Part shown: positions 60,352 through 64,000 of the stretch, piece by piece
How positions within the stretch are numbered: the first letter of the stretch is position 1
How the letters are laid out: each line of letters opens with the position of its first letter
Origin: Azolla caroliniana
Lineage: Eukaryota > Plantae > Polypodiophyta
Assembly: GCA_043228905.1 (NCBI GenBank)
Contig: JBHGNT010000017.1
Span: 2,046,001-2,110,000 of the forward strand
DNA length: 64,000 nt
Direction of reading: 5' to 3'
The notes under the pieces: generated by a model
What the model saw: only the letters and a program-made list of their open reading frames with translations
What the model was told of the DNA's origin: nothing
Database searches by the model: none
Program-made: the position numbers and the translations under genes

Positions 60352-61782
60352 ATGGCCGTCCGCAGCAGAGTAGGCTCCTCAGCTTCCGGTGGTGGTTGCG
60401 CATTGTCCTGCCCCGTCATGGCCATGCCTCGGCCTCCTCGGATAGTCTCCGTGTTGGCTCTTCTCGCGATGTTCATGTTGGCCTCGCTGCCGCCTCATTC
60501 CAAGCAACTGCCGCCCATGGCTGATGCTGCCACTCTCGTGGAGGATATGCAGAATGGCGCCAGCAGTGTAATCAGCCGAGGCCTCAGCCTCCAGAAGGCC
60601 CTGGTGACGGATCTCGCCACTCGTGGCTTCTTGGGTGGCGCCACGCTCCTCAGCTGGCTGCTCAGCAGTAATGGCACCGCCACCCATGTGGTGGGCACTT
60701 GGCTCCAGCAGCTGATGCTGGGCGGGGGCGGAGGAGGAGGAGGCCCCGTGGGCGTGACGTTGCTGGTGCCCACAGACGCCACCCTGGGCAGCGCCGCCTC
60801 CATCCCGCCCAAAGATTACATGGGCGTCCTCAAACTCCACGTGCTGCCTGGGGCCATGACCTTCGACCAGCTCCGGCGCCTTCCGACAGGCACGTGGCTC
60901 CCGACTGCACTGACCGGCTCCGGCCTGGTAGTAAGCGACGATGGTGACGCTGCCAATGGTACAGCCGCCTCTAGCCCTGGAGCCGGATCAAGCCGCGGCT
61001 TGTCGTTAGGTGGTGTGCCTGTGGAACGCCCCAATCTGTGTCCCACTGTGCTGGCCAGTTTCGGAGTGGCTTGCCAAGGGATAGGCGGCCTGCTGGACCT
61101 CAAGCAAGCTCAGCCACAGCCGCAGAACTCTTTCAATTCCAATTTAGCAGGTGGTGTGTTCGTTTCCCCAGCCAGCCCCCCTTCCGCCTCCTCAGAATCT
61201 CCGGCAGAAGGCCCTTCTGGTGATGGGCCTGCACTATCGCCTGATTGGGCTCCAACAATGAGCCCCGATACATTCTCGCCCCTCCCAAGCCCTGATGCAT
61301 CCCCGATCGGTAGCCCCACAGAATCGCCGGTCCCAAGCCCTGGCCTATCGCCGATCGGTAGCCCCATAGAATCACCTGTCCAAAGCCCTGACATGTCCCC
61401 TGCTGCTAGCAGCCCTGATGCTGTCCCTAATGTGCCGGTACCAGCTACGTCTCCGCCTGCTCAGTCACCTGCCATTTCAGGTTCTGATGTACCGCCGCCA
61501 GCCTACACTCCAGCGGAAGCCACGCTTACTGCACCAACACCTGATCAGGGAAATATCTCTGCTCCTGGAGGCGGCGATGGCATCTCTCCTCCAGCTCCGC
61601 CAATGGCCGCGTCGACGCCACCTCTGTCTGGCGGGAGTACAGCACCAGCGGATCAGGGGTCCACCGGAACCCAACAACAACAAATCCCGGATGCGTCTGG
61701 GTCGCCTCCTGTGATTGTGAGGGAGGGAATGGTCATGGCAGCAGCCGCCATAGCTAGCTTTGTCTCGATGCTTTTGCTGTAG
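60352..61782 (+). CDS. FLA: Fasciclin-like arabinogalactan protein (single FAS1 domain, SP/AP/TP-rich region, GPI signal), intronless
   Basis: Signal peptide, FAS1 H1 VTLLVPTDATL, VLKLHVLP, a C-terminal QGIGGLL H2-like block, a long Ser/Pro/Ala tract and a hydrophobic C-terminus. TATA box ctatataaa at about 60171. The start may be a downstream ATG. Confidence 0.85.
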   Translation: MAVRSRVGSSASGGGCALSCPVMAMPRPPRIVSVLALLAMFMLASLPPHSKQLPPMADAATLVEDMQNGASSVISRGLSLQKALVTDLATRGFLGGATLLSWLLSSNGTATHVVGTWLQQLMLGGGGGGGGPVGVTLLVPTDATLGSAASIPPKDYMGVLKLHVLPGAMTFDQLRRLPTGTWLPTALTGSGLVVSDDGDAANGTAASSPGAGSSRGLSLGGVPVERPNLCPTVLASFGVACQGIGGLLDLKQAQPQPQNSFNSNLAGGVFVSPASPPSASSESPAEGPSGDGPALSPDWAPTMSPDTFSPLPSPDASPIGSPTESPVPSPGLSPIGSPIESPVQSPDMSPAASSPDAVPNVPVPATSPPAQSPAISGSDVPPPAYTPAEATLTAPTPDQGNISAPGGGDGISPPAPPMAASTPPLSGGSTAPADQGSTGTQQQQIPDASGSPPVIVREGMVMAAAAIASFVSMLLL

Positions 61783-62849
61783 AAACGCCCCCCGCTTTGG
61801 GTCGTTATACAGGCTTCCTTCTTATTTTGTAATACAAATGCCATAGCGCGCACACACACATATATATACCCTTTACTTCCCATTAAGGGAAACATTATAT
61901 ATTGTTTTTAACACACATACACACACGTCCTTTTACGGGACTCTTTTTTAAACACCCAATTTGGAAATCCTCTCTTCTGTTGCCAAAAAGGGAAACAAAT
62001 GTATTGGGCAATGCTTTAGTTTTCAAATTTAATAGTGAATCTTGTTATGCATTTCTCTCTTCTTAAAATTGGGAAACAAATGTAATAGTGACTCATTGTT
62101 ATGCATTTCCACAAGTTTCTAGGTTGCTTTTGGATGACCATGCATTTTATTGCCATTTAAAATTTAAACAATTTGTGTTGATGTTTTTCTGGATCTATTA
62201 AACATCCTTTAGTTTTGTCTAATTTTGTCTTGTCGGTCATAATATAGGCGTGCCATGGCAAAGAAGGATGGGTGGAGAAGATTACTTGTGTTCGAAATGG
62301 AAATACATAGTCATACATGGAGTTTGTTTTGCCTACTTTCATTACTTGCATTGTTCTATTTTGACTTTAGTTTTTTATGTGTCCATCTTGCTTATTCTAA
62401 TTATTCTAGTGTTTTATAACATAAAGTTGTTCACTTTGAAGTATGGACTGGCTTGATTAGGATTTGCTCTTCCCAAATCTTTTGTGTTACTTGAGGTGCA
62501 CAAGAAGTATTTGACACCGGTATGGTTATCCAAATTTAGACTGTGGAGCCTATTTACTCTTGGTAATTTCGAGAGGTTTAAACTTTAGAGTGCCTCTTCC
62601 TCAAAGGAGAGGGGGAGTATAGAGTATAGAGTGACTCTACAACTACATTGTGGGCATGCCTTTTTCATAACATATAACACACGTCTTTACGTAATTTGCT
62701 TTCTTATGTTGGTCGTTCATTGAACTATTCTCTACTTCTTCATATTTAACGCATAAAGAATGTGGGATATGCTTGGAAATTTTTGTAGGATTAATAGGAG
62801 ATGTAGAACAAAACCAAAATCTAGAGCTTGGAGCCTTATTTGGTCATTG

Positions 62850-63600
62850 AATTGATTGTAAGAAGTGTGAAATCGAAGGTGTTTACGACATGGATAAACG
62901 TATCCACGAGACCATATGGCAACTATCAAGTGATGACGTCTCGTGTGGAGCCCATATGAGGATGTATTTGTGCAATGCTTTCAAAGCATGATGGTGCGGT
63001 CACAACATTGGGCACTTAGGTAAGAAATGGCCAACTTTACTTTGAGAAGTTATTTTTGTAGCCTCAAGAGGAACACTCAAATCGAGACATGCTACGATTG
63101 AATATAGATTCCACATGCTCTACTACATGGGATAGACGAATGTGTAAAAAAGAATTGCTCGTAGAACTTGAGGTATGTTGAAGGTGTATTCGACATGATG
63201 GGGAACATCTAGAGACGCCTGATCCAAGGAAGTAGATGAACATAAGCAAAGATTGAAGGGGGTGGAAAGCAATGTCTGGAAGATATCGCGCTTTGAGTTC
63301 CCTAAATCCATTAGAATTTTATCGGCGGTATTGAAATTGGACGACATTGATTAGAAGGTGAATAAATCCACCATGATGATGGGCATGTAACTCTGTGGGT
63401 CTACAAAGGAGAGAGGTCTGCACAAGGGAGAGAGAGCGTGTTAGATAACGATGCATCGGGCACATAGTGAGGACATAATCGCAAGATTGGTGGCTTCAAC
63501 GACTACTCTTTCTCGGAAATGATAACAAGATTAGTTGAGTATTCCTTCAATTGGTTTTGAGAACTTAGCACCAAGAATGTGTCCACAAAGTTGAGAGGAT
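62850..63600 (-). mobile_element. Highly decayed non-LTR retrotransposon fragment (possibly CRE/RLE type)
   Basis: Frameshifted remnants resembling a CxxC...C..H zinc knuckle followed by RDVI, and MPI..GG. Confidence 0.3.
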
Positions 63601-63755
63601 GATGAAAATACACGCACTACATTCATTCATTCATTCACTTTAGTTAAGAAGAATAAGAAGAATAAGAAGAAGAGAGGCAAACTACTGCCGTTATACACGT
63701 TAACTGGCGGCCACGGCTGGTGCTGCTCTGCCTGGAAATCTCTCTACAACCGCTA

Positions 63756-64000
63756 ATGTTCGTTCCTGACAACCATGACATCTCATCGTCAGGTACTTCT
63801 CAGATCGTTCATGCCGGAACTGTTGGCTTCCTGATCCCCCTGTTTCATCCTTACCTTTCCTATTTCTTATTTTTTGTTTCCCTGCAGGAGCTCATGACGA
63901 TGAGCCGCCTCCCTTGGAAGACATGTCAGAATATATAACGACCAAGTTTCGTTCCGACCACAATCCTCCTCCTTCTCCTCCTCTTCTGAAGCCACCACCG
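63756..64000 (+). CDS. 5' end of an unidentified gene (exons 63756-63792 and 63888 to beyond 64000)
   Basis: ATG, CAG|GTACTT donor and a polypyrimidine tract ending CTGCAG. The spliced frame is open to the window edge: MFVPDNHDISSSGAHDDEPPPLEDMSEY... Confidence 0.55.

Overview
This is eukaryotic land-plant genomic DNA. The PPR motif style suggests a fern, but that is an inference. Bases 1-13 kb are a nest of decayed retroelements: a Copia host carrying L1-type LINE 3' fragments, a Gypsy integrase fragment and a 1.1-kb tRNA-Ala-primed mini LTR element. The rest is gene-rich. It holds an intronless sn-2 GPAT, two tandem PLS-class PPR genes, a 7-exon PRA1.A gene, an LRR receptor-like protein with a triplicated 116-aa module plus its pseudogene, a convergent U1/U2 snRNA pair plus a U2 pseudogene, an FLX-like gene, a fasciclin-like arabinogalactan protein and the start of one more gene. 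The most striking observation is in the snRNA promoters. All three (U1, U2 and pseudo-U2) have exactly 22 nt between the USE and the TATA box, about one helical turn shorter than the angiosperm Pol II snRNA arrangement and close to the Pol III (U6-type) one. The U2 copies also have a C-interrupted Sm site. The snRNA genes are co-duplicated with the immune-type RLP array. All calls were made by eye, without database searches.
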